Positions 27,026-41,265 of a DNA stretch of 64,000 bases are shown here, piece after piece. The notes beneath the pieces were generated by a model. It saw only the letters and a program-made list of their open reading frames with translations. It ran no database searches and was not told the DNA's origin. This DNA is from Squalus acanthias (lineage: Eukaryota). Location of the stretch: assembly GCA_030390025.1 (NCBI GenBank), contig CM059432.1, forward strand, positions 124,808,001 through 124,872,000, written 5' to 3'. A program made the position numbers and the translations under genes. Position 1 is the first letter of the stretch. Every line of letters begins with the position of its first letter.

Positions 27026-29189
27026 TTAACACATGCTCGCAGTAGTGTACTTTTCACAACAAGCCATTTTTTTGTCTTCGTGTATGCTGCACTGTGATGG
27101 AAGTGGTCACACATCTGAGAACAGAGTTGGGTCTTGTGTTGTGGGGCTTAATGCAAATGATCCTGCTGCCTCAGTGCAGACATTATATTATAAATTTCAT
27201 CTTTACTATTCTTTTGTGAGAGCTATACAAAATGGTTTGAAGCACTTTCCCCCCCCCCTCCCCCCCCCCCCCCCCCCCCAACCCCAGATCCTCACAGTGG
27301 CACTGTGATTGCATAGTATTGGTGCCATTATCCTATGGAAATTAAAATAAATTACGTGGGGACGGGAATTCTTGGGGGGGGGGGGTGGGGGGGGAAGTAT
27401 GGGAAGATCTGATTAAATGCCAATAATTGATGTCAAATATAATGGGAGATTGAGGGATGGCATGCTAATTTGAAGGGTTCAACCGATGCCCTTTTCCTTC
27501 AGTCAACATACCTGTCCTCAGTTCTTCAGCATAGTATTTGAAGGTCCTTCCATCAGTTCCAATCAACTCCTAGGTTGATGTTCTCAATACATCTCACATT
27601 CCACGTCTTGAATGCCATGTAGTCAACTGCAGGAATCTATTTGTGACGAAAAACAAGATATTCTGATTAAGCAGACATTTTTCTTTGCATACACTATCTG
27701 ACATTACCATCCCAAATAATTCCATTTCCATTGAGTCATGACACTGAATTATTTTCCCCTCACACACATTATTTGTGATGTATATAAAATACTGTGTGTA
27801 TAAAATATTTATTTGCTTATTGAAGGCAATTGTACCAATTTTTTGTTTTAAAAATATCCAACACATTGAATCAAAAATGTTAAATTGGGAGTTTGTTGTA
27901 TTTCACACAGTACAGGTAAGGTAAGATGGAAAGCAGGAAAATTAGAGAGGCATCTGTGTCTTCAGGAAATTTGCAAACTTCCTTTATTGAATTTTTACTA
28001 CTCATGAATTTGTATTCACTTCTTTCTCTTGTCAGTTGCAACAGGAACTGGTCCCACCATGTGTGAAAAGTAGCCCTTGCAAATAGATTTTGTGTTAAAT
28101 ATTTTGGAGCTATTTTCTGAGTTCTTGCCTGCTTTGAAACTCTGCAGCCTGCACAAGGCCATTTTTATAAGGTTGGCATGAATGCTGAGTGATCTGCATA
28201 TTTGCGCCAGTTTCACCACCTGCAGTATTTTCAAGTTATTTCCAACACCGTAATTATGAACAAATTCTATCTGAAGCTATACTTGGATTACTCCAAAGGT
28301 AGAGTTTACCAAGTCTCTAACAGATTAATAAAACCTGTAATTATTAAGTCTTGAGGGAGTGTATTTCTTCATTTCTGACTGCCTGTGGTCAAAAAAGCTG
28401 TGGCCCATTTCCACCCTCCCTTACACAGGCATCTTAGGGGCAATATTAGGAAAAGTCAGCATCTTCTTGCCCTAAAAATTCTTAGACGGGTGCCTTTAAT
28501 TCTACTAGTGGCAAAAGTTGCTTTCTACTAGGATGTAAAGTCTTAGCTTTCATTGAAGAGTGATACCTGCTATGCCAAAACTGAACATCATCATTAGATG
28601 CTCATAGGTCAGGTATAGCAGTATAGAGCTTTGCTGTAGCTTGCCTCAGTGAGGCACCTCAACTCCAAGCTCAAAACAAGATATTGTAATATGTTAGAAC
28701 AATCTTTTGTATTTTTCGCTTGACCCTTCCTTGTAAACGAGTATTGTAATCACTAATGTACAAGTCTCCTGGAATACAATTTTACAATCTCAAGTGAGCG
28801 AAATGGATTCACAAAATTCAATTTACTCCAGCTTTGATGTAAAAGACCTGTGTAAAGATTTTGGGGAGTGCAATATTATTAGTATTAAATTATAGGAAGT
28901 TCTGTTGAGTTGAGTTTGCATGGGCTCCTTTTACCTAGGAGAGCTCCAAATGATCTCGGAAAAGGACTTTTGGACTGGATACAAACATTGGTCCCAGAGA
29001 TAAAACCGCCAAAATCTCAATTGTTTTGATGTAATTATAGCTATACAAGGAATTAATGATTAACTTGACAATTTATCATATTAGGTGGTTTGGATCTGCT
29101 GTATCAAAAATAATTTTGTCCACTGTTATTAAAGAAATTGTGAATTGTCTCAACTGGCCAAGTCTGGAAGCTGATATCTCCCTGTCACG

Positions 29190-30470
29190 CCCTCTCTGAG
29201 CTCATCTCGTCGATAAGATCTACCGCCTGCTCTTTCAACTCCTTGCCCACTGAACTACTGACCACCAACCTCCCTTCCTGGCCTTCATGCTAGCTGACAT
29301 TGTAAATGGTTCCCTCCCCTTGGGTACTGCCCCTCAGACTTTCAAAACCACTGTTGTCATTCCCCTCCTCAAAAATCCCACCTTTGACTCCTTTGTCCTT
29401 GCAAACCACCATCCCATCTTCAACCTCCTTATCCTATCCAATGTTCTTGAGCATGTTGCCTCCCAAATGTATGCCCATCTTTGCTGCAACTTCGTTTGAA
29501 TCTCTTCAATCAGGTTTCTGCCTCTACCACAGTGACCCGAACCAAAGTCACAAATGGCATCCTTTGACGGTGCATTATCCCTCCTCGACTCTGCAGGCTT
29601 TGACACAGTTGAGCACATCATCGTCCTCTAATGCTTCCTCTCTGTTGCCCAGCTCAGCAGGCTGTTCTCGCTTGGTTCTACTCTTACCTACCCAATCATA
29701 GCCAGAGCATCAGTAGCAATGGCATCTCGTCTGACCACGCATCGTTACCTGCACAGTCCCCCAAGGATCGATCCCTGGTCCTCTCCATTTCCTCATCTAC
29801 ATGCTTCCCTTGGCAACATCATCCGCAGAATTGTGGGTCATCGTCCTCCTGTACACTAATGGTGCCCGACTCTAACTCTCCACTACCTCCCTCGACCCCT
29901 CCACTGCCTCTGTATTGACAGACTGCTTGTCCAACATCCAGTCTTGGATGAACCAAAATTTCCTCATTTAAATCCTAACCCTAACCCCCCCCCCCGCAAA
30001 TAAACTCTACCCTTGCTACCAATTCCATCCGTCTCCTGGCCACTCTCTCGGGCTAACCGAGACTTTGTGCAACTTCAGCGTCATATTTGACCTTGTGCTG
30101 TGCTTCTGAACATCTACTCTAACATTTCCCGCCTCTGCCCCACCCTCGGCCCATCTGCTGCTGAAACCCTCATCTATGCCTTTGTCACCTCTAGACGCGA
30201 CTATTCCAATGGTCTCCTGGCTGGCCTCCCATCTTCCACCCTCTGTAAACTTCAGCTCATTCAAAACTTTCCTGCCTGTATCCTGTCCCGTGGACCCATC
30301 GCCTCGGTCCTCGCTGACCTACATTGGGCACCTGGTCACCCAAAGCTTCAAATTTAAAATTCTCATCCTCGTGTTTGCATCCCTTCATGGCTTAATTCCT
30401 CCCTATCTCTGTAATCCCCTCATGCCCTACAAACCTGCCGCTGAACTCTCCATTCCTCTGATCCCTCCTC
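29190..30470 (+). mobile_element. L2-type LINE remnant
   Basis: FKTTVVIPLLKNPTFD...HPIFNL and AETLIYAFVTSRRDYSNGLLAGLP...KLQLIQN. Confidence 0.8.
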
Positions 30471-30772
30471 CTCATGCACCTCCTCCACGTCTTCCTCACC
30501 TGTTTTTTATGTATTGCATAGGAGAAGAAAATGTCATCTGCTATGCATCAAAGAACCCCTTCTAGTTCAGACAAAGTCTTTGATAATTCAGGTGAAATTT
30601 TGCGCGCTCTAGTTAGCTGATCAAAGGACGGGGTTGAGAAAATATCCGCTTTTTGCTAAGCTAATACTATTGTTCCTTGGACCAGTGATATATAATGCAG
30701 GATAAACTGCAATGCACTGTCTCTGCTGTAAAACTGCCAGTGTATCATTTCATTATTCTCTCTTTTTTCCAG

Positions 30773-30826
30773 CCTGAAGGCTATTACTCATGAAGTTGCT
30801 ACTGGCTACAGGGAGCAGTTTCACAG
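30773..30826 (+). CDS. TMX3: TMX3 coding exon (54 bp)
   Basis: tttttccag/...cag/gttagt; encodes (N)LKAITHEVATGYREQFH(R). Confidence 0.92.
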
Positions 30827-30859
30827 GTTAGTTGATGAATACTTTGAGTATGTAGTAAC

Positions 30860-33290
30860 ATAGTGAGAGAGGAAATATTATGGGGTTTAGCATCTTTGAA
30901 AGTAGATATATGACCTGTCCCGGATGAAATGTATCCAAGGCTGTTGAGAAGCAAGGGAGGAAATAGCGGAGGCTCTGACCATTTTCCAATCCTCTCTGGC
31001 TGCAGGTGTGGTACTGGAGGACTGCTAATGTTGTACCGTTGTTTAAAAAGGGAGGAAGGGATAGACCAAGTAATTACAGGCCAGTCAGCCTAACTTCGGT
31101 GGTGGGCAAATTATTGGAAAAAATTCTGAGGAACAGTGTTAATTGTCATTTAGAAAAGCACGGATTAATCAAGGACTGTCAGCATGGATTTGTTAAGGGA
31201 AAGTCGTGTTTGACTAACTTGATTGACTTTTTTGAGGAGGTAACAGGGAGGATCGATGAGGGTAGTGCGTTTGATGTAGTCTACATGGATTTTAGCAAGG
31301 CTTTTGACAAGGTCCCACATGGCAGACTGCTCAAAAGTAAAAGCCCATGGGATCCAAGGGAAAGTGGCAAGTTGGCTCAGGAAGCAAAGGGTAATGGTCG
31401 CCGGATGTTTTTGTGACTGGAAGGCTGTTTCCAGTGGGGTTCCACGGGGCTCAGTACTAGGTCCATTACTTTTTGTGGTATATATTAATGATTTAGACTT
31501 CAATGTAGGGTGCATGATTAAGAAGTTTGCAGATGATACAAAAATTGGTTGTGTTGTTGATAGTGAGGAAGAAAGCTGTAGACTGCAGGAAGATATCAAT
31601 GGACTGGTCAGGTGGACAGAAAAGTAGCAAATGGAATGCAATCCGGAGAAGTGTGCAGTAATGCATTTGGGGAGGACTAACAAGGCAAGGGAATGCACAG
31701 TAAATGGTAGGATACTGAGAAGTGTAGAGGAACAGAGGAACATTGGAGTACATGTCCACAGATCCCTGAAGGTAGCAGGACAGGTCAATAAGGTGGTTAA
31801 GAAGGCATACGGGATACTTTCCTTTATTTGCCGAGGCATAGAATAGAAGAGCAGGGAGGTTGTGCTTGAACTGTATAAAACACTAGTTAGGCCACAGCTA
31901 GAGTACTGCGTACATTTCTGGTCACCACATTACAGGAAAGATGTGATTGCACTAGAGAGGGTACAGAGGAGAATTATGAGGAAGTTGCCAGGACTGGAGA
32001 ATTTTAGCTATGAGGAAAGATTGGATAGGCTGGGATTATTTTCTTTGGAACAGAGGAGGCTGAGGGGAGATTTAATTGAGGTGTATAAAATTATGAGGGG
32101 CCTAGATAGAGTGGATAGGAAAGATCTGTTTCCCTTAGCAGAGAGGTGAATAACTGGGGGCATAGATTTAAAGTAATTGGTAGAAGGGTTAGAGGGGAAT
32201 TGAGGGGGAAAAAATTTCATCCAGAGGGTGGTGGGGGTCTGGAACTCACTGCCTGAAAGGGTGGTAGAGGCAGAAACACTCATCACATTTAAAAAGTACT
32301 TGGATATGCACTTGAAGTGCTGTAACCTGCAAGGCTACGAACCAAGAACTGGAAAGTGAGATTAGGCTGGAATAGCTCTTTTTCGGCCAGCACAGACATG
32401 ATGGGCCGAATGGCCTCCTTCTGTGCCATAAATTTCTATGATTCTAAACAGGAGGATAGTAGCAGACTTCAGGAAGATATTGACAGAGTGGTGAAATGGC
32501 AGACACGTGGCAGATGGTATTTAATGCAGAAAAGTGTGAAGTGATGCATTTTGGTAGGATGAATGCAGAGAGGCAATATAAACAAAATGGTACAATTTTA
32601 AAGAGGGTGCAGGAACAGAGGCACCTGGGGTTCACATACTCAAATCTTGGAAGATAGCAGGACAAGTTGATAAGGCTGTTAAAAAAGCATACGGAATCTG
32701 GGCTTTATAAATGAGGCATAGAGTACAAAAGCAAGGAAGTTATGCTAAACCTTTATAAAACATTGGTTAGGCCCCAGCTGGATTATTGCATCTAATTCTG
32801 GGCACCACACTTTTGGAAGGATGTCAAGGCCTTGGAGAGGGTGCAAAGGAGATTTACCAGAATGATACCAGAACTGAGGAACTTCAGTTATGTCGATAGA
32901 CTAGAGAAGCTTGGATTGTTCTCCTTAGAGCAGAGAATGTTGAGGGGAAATTTAATAAAGATGCTCAAACTTAAGAGTTTTGATAAGAGTACACAGGGAG
33001 AAACTGTTTACACTGGCAGAAGGGTTGGTACTGGAGGACACAGATTTAAGGTAATTGGCAAAAGAACCAAAGAGGAGATGAGAATTTTATTTATGCGCCG
33101 AGTTATGATGTTCTGAAATACACTACCTGAAAGGGTGGTGAAAGCAGATTCAATACTAACTTTCAAAAAGAGAATTGGATGTATTTTTGAGAAGGAAATA
33201 ATTACAGAGCAGGGAGTGGGATTAATTGGATAGCTCTTTCCAAGAGCCGATACGATGGGCCAAATGTGCTGTATAATTCTATGATTCTAT
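30860..33290 (+). mobile_element. Two tandem decayed CR1 LINE fragments (30860-32445 and 32446-33290)
   Basis: RT motifs NYRPVSLTSVVGK, YMDFSKAFDKVPH and KFADDTK; two CR1 tails ending ttctatgattcta. Confidence 0.9.
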
Positions 33291-34139
33291 AAATGCTTCC
33301 TATCGCAAAGGAAAACTTCTGCAATCTTAATTCTTTCTCTTCAAAGCTATAGGTAGTAGCATGTACATATTTATCTCAATGTTGAAGTTTTGGCATTGAA
33401 CTCCACTTCCTTTAAAATATTGATTATATATAATCTCTACCATTCAGAACAGAATAGGGAACTGCAAAGGAAAATCACATTTTTCCAACAGAAATTTTCA
33501 GTTAGGGTACTACTGTACTGCCTCGGAGTCTTTTTTAATCTGGTCGAAACAATTGGCAAAGAGAAATAACTAAGTGGAAAACTACATATCCAACTGGCAC
33601 CTATCCAGGTGGGCATGTGTACAGTGTTTCTATTTTAACATGATGTATTTAATACTATACTGTAGATTAATTCCAAGTAAACTGAGCATAATAGGATTGT
33701 AAAGGAGGTATAAATATTGGAACACTTTAGAAAGCTGTCAGCATATCTGTCTGCCCTCCTTGCATAACTGTCCACATCATTATGCCAAGTCAGGTATGCA
33801 GCATTCCACTATAAGAGGAAACAGATAAATGCCAAAAACATCTTCATCCAAATCCTATCTATCTTTGCTGTTCGCGATTGTTCTGACTTTCGTAACCTCG
33901 TCAAAATGTTTATTCTTTTAACCGCCCACATTTAAGCAGGCAACTGAAAATGTTTTCAATATTTCCACAATTGTTGCATCACAGAGCATCTGGCAGGATT
34001 TCCTATATTTTGTTTGTAAAGAAAAGTTTTAAAAGAAGTTAAACTGGATACTATGGATGAGATCCTTTAGTTGTGAGAAGAGACTAGAAAAATTGGAGTT
34101 CTTTTCACTACAACAGAAAAGGTTGAGAGGAGTTTTTTT

Positions 34140-34548
34140 TTTAATCGTTCCCGGGATGTGGGCGTCGCTGGCAAGGCCGTCATTTATTGCCCATCCCTAG
34201 TTGCCCTTGAGAAGGTGATGGTGAGCCGCCGCCTTGAACCGCTGCAGTCAGTGTGGTGAAGGTACTCCCACAGTGCTGTTAGGGAGGGAGTTCCAGGATT
34301 TGAACCCAACGATGATGAAGGAACACGAAATATTTCCAAGTCAGGATGGTGTGTGACTTGGAGGGGAACTTGCAGGTGGTTGTGTTCCCATGCGCCTGCT
34401 GCCCTCTTCCTTCTAGGCGGAAGAGGTCACAGGTTTGGGAGGTGCTGTCGAAGAAGCCATTGCGAATTGCTGCAGTGCATCTTGTAGTTGGTACACACTG
34501 CAGCCACGGTGCGCCGCTAGTGGAGGGAGTGAATGTTTAAGGTGGTGG
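34140..34548 (-). mobile_element. 3' end of a non-LTR retrotransposon, nested in a CR1 remnant
   Basis: catttattgcccatccctagttgcccttgagaagg tail motif, also seen in + orientation near 10735-10795; CR1 sequence resumes on both sides. Confidence 0.6.
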
Positions 34549-34869
34549 AGTATGAAACGTTTTGATGAGGTAAATGGGGAAAACTAGTTCCAACTGATTG
34601 GTGAGTCGATGAATAGACGACATAGATTTAAGATCATCGCTAAGATAAAATGGGGGGAGGTTTTTATGAAGGTTATTAGGACATGGAAACAGCATCGATA
34701 ATGGCTTTCAATGGGGAAGTGATAAATAGCTGTAGAAGAAAAAATTAAAAGGGTATGATGAAAGGGCAGAGGATTGGGACTAAGTGGATGCTTTTTTTGG
34801 AGAGAGATCTGACACAGGTGCAATGAGCCAAATGGTGTAAAATTCTATGATTCTTCCATGAAAGACAGC

Positions 34870-35215
34870 ACATGCATTTAAAAAGCACCTTTCAAGACTC
34901 GGGACCTCCCAAAGTGCTTCACAGCCAAAGAAGAACTTTTGAAGTGTAGTCACTGTTGTAATGCAGGGAAACGCAGACGCCAAGTTGTGCAGGCAAGATT
35001 CCACAAACAACAATGAGATAATTGACCAGATAATCTGGGGGGTTTTTAAGTGATGTGATTGAGGCCAGGACACTGAGTGAGCTCCCCTGCTGCTCTTCAA
35101 ATAGTGCCATGGGATTTTTTTACGTCTGCCTGAAAGGGCAGACGAGGCCTTGGTTTAACTTCTCAACTGAAAAACAACACCTCCGACAATGCAGCACTCC
35201 CTCAGTGCTGCACCG
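34870..35215 (-). mobile_element. SacSINE1-like DeuSINE
   Basis: Reverse complement of the SINE split by the provirus (ctgagggagtgctgcattgtcggaggtg...aaaaatcccatggcactattt). Confidence 0.8.
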
Positions 35216-35345
35216 AAGGAGAAAACTCATGTTAGTCATCTGCACAACCCTCATTTGTGGAAAGAAGAACTGTCTTTCATGGGGTGTACTAAGGGTCCTC
35301 TAAATGTATTTACTTTAAATGTACTGTATTTAAATGTGTTAACAG

Positions 35346-35402
35346 GGATTTCCAGTTTGGGCATATAGATGGAGCTGACTACATCAACAGTGTCATAATG
35401 GA
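35346..35402 (+). CDS. TMX3: TMX3 coding exon (57 bp)
   Basis: aacag/...ga/gtaagt; encodes DFQFGHIDGADYINSVIM(D). Confidence 0.95.
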
Positions 35403-36229
35403 GTAAGTGTTTCCTCACTTTTAACTAATTATTTTAAAAAGTAATGTTTGTGATATTTTAAGAAAATGTGACGAGACCTGTTTTGAATTTTAATTCCAGT
35501 GTCTTCAACAGGAAAAGTTTCTGGATGTTAAAATTATTGGTGATTATGTTGACTGGAGAAGTAACTTGAGTGGACCAAGGGGGCTGCTCTAAAGAAATAC
35601 TCATTTTGATCACCACATTGTGACTTATGCCGCCAAGCAGTGTACCCTTGCAATCTTATTGTCAAATCCTCAGGGAGAGAAAAGTTTACAGTAATTTTAT
35701 TTAGTCTGGAAAAAAAAACTGCAACTAGCTCACCTTTCAATCCTTGGTTTTGTTTCCAGTTGGTACAGAGAGAGAAAGAGATTCGTCGAACATAAAGACA
35801 GAAATGCAGAGAGTTAAATAACTGGAGAAATAGAACAAGAAATCTGAGGAAAAATAGAGTGCAAAAGCTAAATTAGAGATTGAGTGACAGCAAGAGAGGA
35901 ATAAAGATACCAAACCTTTCTCAATCTGTGAATTCGGATACAGCAGCATGGGGGGGGCTGGCACTCCATTTTGACTGAAGTACTGAGAAAAGAGGTAATA
36001 TTAATCTTATGGAGTATTGCACAACTTTTAATATTTTGAAGGATTTTTTATCTTCATTTCTGTGTGAAAAATTGCACTTAAGCATAGCATAGGGAGAAAT
36101 CCTTGAAATGTGTGTGTTTCATCGATTTTGATAACCTGGGGAATAGTGAACTACCTATTGCTAAATCTTCAGCAGCTCTTTAATAAATGGGTTCTTGCTG
36201 CAAATTCCAAAGTTGTGCCTCAGATGTAG

Positions 36230-36620
36230 GCAGTGCCACTGCCAATGCCTTTTACTTTTTACCCCTCTTCTCCTGAAGACCGTCTAGTTCCATGACGTGG
36301 CAGCCTTGCTCAAGTGATTTAGACAGTGAAGTGTCAGCAGGTTACCACAAGTGGCATCACAGCTAAGCCTGGTCCTGCCCTCGCGTACATGCACATTTTG
36401 CAGTGGGATTGCTGGACAGTAATTGGGGAACAGGAACTCTAACAAATTTTCTTCCCACCTCCACCTCTGTAGCCCTGAAGTCCAGACACCAACGGTAGCA
36501 ACCCCACTTTCATTCTCGCTGGTATTGACTAACTCAGTACAAATGCATGCTCGAACCTAGGGCCTTCCTAGCTTGGCTGGTTTGGTATCACGCCGCAGTG
36601 CACTTGCTGAGCGATTGGGA
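36230..36620 (-). mobile_element. LF-SINE-like copy
   Basis: cctcttctcctgaag, agacagtga, gcatcacagctaagcctggtcctg and gactaactcagtaca motifs, reverse of the copy at 43915-44340. Confidence 0.55.
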
Positions 36621-36962
36621 GAACCCAGTTTTTCTCTCTTTCTTTTTAAATAAGCCTTATTTTAATTTTGTTTGTAACTTCACATTCTACAGCTGTCATT
36701 TCAATTCTTCGCAAAGGTTTAATTGTACCACTTTTGAAATGTGCAAAGGGTAACGCCTACATTAATAGTTTTAGTGCAGAAGTCCATCTATTTAGTCCCT
36801 GTGAACTCTTAACAGTGTAGTTCTAATTGTCACCACTGGATGGGGCTATTTGTTCAGTACCGTTCATGTGTATTCCGAAATAGAAATGGAAACCAGAATG
36901 TTGGATCACTTTGTATCAACTTACTATTTGTTTGAAAAATTCCCTTGCGTATTTTCTTTCAG

Positions 36963-37092
36963 TGAGGTCGTTGTCCCTACCATTGTTGTACTGAATACTT
37001 CAAACCAACAGTACTTTCTACCAGAAACAACAATTGGGAACATTGAGGACTTAATTAAGTTTATTACTGACATCATAGAAGGATCAGCAGAA
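36963..37092 (+). CDS. TMX3: TMX3 coding exon (130 bp)
   Basis: ttttctttcag/...gaa/gtaagt; encodes EVVVPTIVVLNTSNQQYFLPETTIGNIEDLIKFITDIIEGSAE. Confidence 0.96.
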
Positions 37093-37743
37093 GTAAGTTT
37101 AAGGATAGTAAATAGTTGTAATACAAGTCTGATTTTTTTTTTTCTCTTTTAAATGGCAAGTTTGACCTCTACAAATTTCTCCCACTCTCCCGTTCCCCAC
37201 ATCCACAGGTTTATTATTCACCACGGTCACAGTAGATTATCGGGTGCATTGTGCATAAGGTTATGATTTTGTTCATAGGGAGTAAGAGCTTGCTTGTGGA
37301 GCAACCTTTTGTGCTGGGCACCAGAAAAAACGTCTAGTGAAAGTTTGAATTGTAACAGTTTTCTCTGAGGAGGGTATGTGGAAGTGTTTTAATTTCAGAA
37401 GTAGATCTCAGTGGTGGGACCTGGGTATGGTGCTAACTCATCTTATTAATGAGTGTTGTGCAGAAATTGCTCCTCAATTGGGAGTTCAACCTCACGCTCA
37501 GACAAGCAATTGTCCAAATAGACATTTCTAGCTTTATTTTTGCAGAGTACCAAATGCCACCACTTTGTGGACTGGGCGATGCAGTAAATTTGGAACGTTT
37601 GTTGCAAACCCTCTCCGTAGCATCCAGGCCTAATCCGCTCTTTTGTGTTTAACTCCTCTTATTTTTGTATTCCTAAAAGATCCTATTTCTTTTGAAATTC
37701 CGTTCGACAGTAAATACAATTATTTCTTGCCCCCGATTTTCAG

Positions 37744-37812
37744 GCACAAGGAGGAGACAGTTTCTATCATCGCATTAGAAGATTGTTATATGATGGAAAA
37801 TCCACCATATTA
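37744..37812 (+). CDS. TMX3: TMX3 coding exon (69 bp)
   Basis: ttttcag/...tta/gtaagt; encodes AQGGDSFYHRIRRLLYDGKSTIL. Confidence 0.95.
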
Positions 37813-38499
37813 GTAAGTATCTGTAAATCTTGTTTCATTTACACTCAAATTTAGTCATCAGGGACGTGCTTTCCCGAAGTTTCATTTCCTAGAAATACAA
37901 TTGAAGGACTTGTTGTGCATTATGTAAGCTAACGGTTCATTTGGTTAAAAATGTACAATACGATAACTGAGGGTTTTTTAAGGGCCATCTTTGTATTTTT
38001 ATCACTATTGCAGGAAAGCCGATTTCTCATCGTTTAACAAATTTCTACTGTTTTCTGTCTTTTGCTTACAAAAAAAAGTCCAAAGTTAACAACTTTCAGC
38101 TGTTTAAAAGAAAAAAAAAGTTAAAGCTTTACAGAAATTGTATATCGTGCACTGGCAGCTTTTTTTTTTAAAAAGGCTTCCTCCACAAATAGTGTTTGTC
38201 TCCATCCCACCAACACATTTTTGTGTTGCCTGTGTAATGGGGACAAGTGTAAAAGTAAGAGTAAAGGTAAGCAAAGTTGTGGTGCAAACCTTTGCACAAT
38301 AATATATATAAAATAATGACTTCTGCCTGTGAGAATTTTTTTAAATGTTTGTTCTGATAGGAATCGCATTTTTATTGATATGAAAAACTTGTACTATAAT
38401 GTAAAAGAAATTACCTGTATTTTTTAAGAACCTCGGAACATATAATTCGAAAGTAAGTGTATTTTACAGTATCCTAACTCTCCTCTGGAGCACAACTGG

Positions 38500-39880
38500 T
38501 TTAGCCATCCATCACAAGACCTAGCTGGACCATATCTAACATTATTGGGCTTCGCTCTCCTCTGCCAAAACCGCCCACTACTCCAGGATCATCCTGGAGA
38601 CCAAAAATAGCCCCCAGCATTTTTCTGCCACTATCAACAGTCTCCATAAACCCCTCTCCCCTGCCCCCTTCACCATTGCATCCAACAACAATTCCAAGGC
38701 ACTCCTGGACGACTTTGTCACTAACATTGAGACCATCTGTTAGCTGCTTCCCTCCCACCTCATCCTTTGCCCAGCAGGCCAAACCTCCTCCAGGCTTCTC
38801 CTTGCCCTAGGCCTTAACTCATCATTTTCTACGGTTTCTCTTTTTTCCCCGCTCCAAGCTCATCTTTTCACATGACACGTATTTCCTGCTGCCTTGACCC
38901 ATTCCCACTAAAGTTCTGACCAGCCAACTATGCTTTCTGGCCCTCATGCTGGTTGACATTATAAACCATTCTCTCCCTTCAGGTACTGTTCTCCTCTCTT
39001 TCAAAACCACCATAATCGCCCCCTCCTCAAAAAGCCCACATTTGACCCCTTTGACTTTGCAAACTACAGCCCCCATCTTCAACCTCCTTTTCCTCTCCAA
39101 AGTTCTTCAATGTTTTTGTTGCCTCTCAACTCCATGTTTGAATCTCTCCATAGAGGTTTCCATCCACAGCACCAAAACAGCCTAGCCAAAGTCACAAATG
39201 ATATCCTCTGATTGTGAACATGGTGCATTATCCCTTCTCGTCCTTCTCAATCTCTCTGCGGCCTTTGACACGGTTGACCACACCATCTTCCTCCAACGGC
39301 TTTTCTCCGTCGTTCAGCTCAGTAGGATTGCTCTCGCTTGGTTCCACTCTTATCAGACCGGAGCCATGGCTTCTCTTCCCGCGCCATTATCTCCAGAGTT
39401 CCCCAAGGATCTATCCTTGCCGCCTCCCCCCCCCCTCACCTCCTCCATACCTACATGCTGCTCCTTGTCGACATCATTCACATACATGAGGTCAGTTTTC
39501 CACATATACCCTGATGACACCCATATCTACCTCTCCTCCACCTCGCTTGATCCCTCCACTGCCTCTGTATTGTCAGATTGCTTGTCCAACACCCAGTCGT
39601 GGATGAGCCGCAATTTCCTTCAGTTAAACATCGGCCCCTGACGCAGGCTAAACCAGACTATTTGGTATCTCACCGGCCAGATTATTTGGAATCTCTGCCT
39701 TCTATTCAAGCTCAAGCTGCGTTTCCGGCCCCATGTGCTCTACATCACAAAGGCCGCCTACTTCCATCTCTGCAACATCGCCCACCTCCACGCCGATGTC
39801 AGCCCGTCTGTTGCTGAAACCCTCATCTGTGCATTTGTCGCCACCATACTCAACTATTCCAATGCTCTCCCTACCTCCCA
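38500..39880 (+). mobile_element. L2-type LINE remnant
   Basis: LLVLLNLSAAFDTVDHTIFLQRL, HIYPDDTHIY and ITKAAYFHLCNIAHL. Confidence 0.85.
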
Positions 39881-40049
39881 CCATTGTGGGAACACCATCA
39901 GTGTGAAGACTGCAGTGGTTCAGGAGATTGCCCACCACCACCACCACCTCAAGGGAACTATGGTTGGATAATAAATCTGACCTTGACGGCACCACCCACA
40001 TCCCATGGACAAATTAAAAAAAAACCTTCTCTGTTGCCCCAATGACAAT

Positions 40050-40825
40050 GGCCCGGAACTTGCGGTCCTGATGACGGCGAACTGGTAGTGTTTGCCGTCA
40101 TTTCACTTTGAAACTGACCGCAACTTCAGGATGTAGCGCATGTGCAGCCTATCACAGAAATCCTGAAGTTGGAGTCTGTCATTCACTGCTCTGACACTGG
40201 CTGCGCTGTGGACCCCCCCTCACAGAGCCGGCAATCAGCATAATCTGTCAAATCATGGAAACTGACACAAACTTCGGCTTTTCCGCGGTAATACTGCTGT
40301 TAAATACCCCATTAAAGTTAGACCCAAAGGGTTAAGTGTAACTGGGATTTTAACAGTGCATTGACTGCTAAACCGAGGTTATGGCCCTGAAAAACTAATT
40401 TTAATTTTGTGGAGTGTCAAATTTATCCATTTAATAAAAATTTAAAATGTTAAACTTTAAAAAAAAAAAAAATAATTTAAACAAAATGTTTGTTCATTAT
40501 TTCAGGTTTACCTTTTCCCCCCGTGTGAGAGCCTCAATCTTTGTTTTGCTCTCTCTAACATTTTTAAAAAGTTACAATCAAAGGCGCTTATCCACTTCCT
40601 GGTTCGCCGTCTGTGAGAATTCTGCATTGTGATTGGCTGCTTTGACAGCTTGCTGACGTCACAGTAGTTCGCGTAAGGGATTCCCCATTAACTTGCGCTG
40701 GATTTCAATTATGTTTCGGAAAAGCCAAACTTCTCGCCACAGAGATCGCAAGATCGTTGTAGGAAGCTTACTTTGGGGCCAGCGGCGAATGCCTTTGCTT
40801 CGCCGCTGACCGCAAATTACGGGCA
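40050..40825. mobile_element. Complete MITE (PIF/Harbinger-like termini)
   Basis: TIRs ggcccggaacttgcggtc and gaccgcaaattacgggc; internal inverted repeat aacttcaggat/atcctgaagtt. Confidence 0.75.
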
Positions 40826-41198
40826 ATATGTTTTGCTATTTGACTATAAATAATAAAAAAAAACAAAGTATTTAAAAATAAGGCAAAATGTATGACTTTG
40901 AAATAGGGACTGGATTACATCTCTGCAGCCTGCTCCAATTATCCCTGCCCTCCAACCCTGCTTCACCAGAATACTACACTTGGCCTTGATTCTACAACTT
41001 GAATATATATCACCTTCAATATATTAAAACGTCCGATGGTGCTTCACAGAGGCTTGATCTCCCCATGCAATGCCTTGGGGGATCAACTATATTATGTGCC
41101 TGCTATTTATTTGCTTCTTCATATTGTGTTAAATACATTTTCCTAATTGTTATATCTAAAATGAAGTCTGATGTTGTAATGCTCTACTGCTTATTAAA

Positions 41199-41265
41199 GA
41201 TGCGGAGATGCCGGTGTTGGACTGGGGTGGACAAAAGTGAGAAGTCGCACAACACCAGGTTATAG
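41199..41265. mobile_element. Short Penelope-type insertion with 12-bp TSD
   Basis: Nearly identical to 8710-8776; TSD ttattaaagatg at 41191-41202 and 41266-41277 (gatg shared with the element end). Confidence 0.8.

Noticed and set aside
31165..31839. 224-aa minus-strand ORF and similar antisense ORFs over CR1 copies (8926-9453, 25205-25615, 48863-49231)
   Set aside because: These are antisense shadows of CR1 ORF2, not independent genes.
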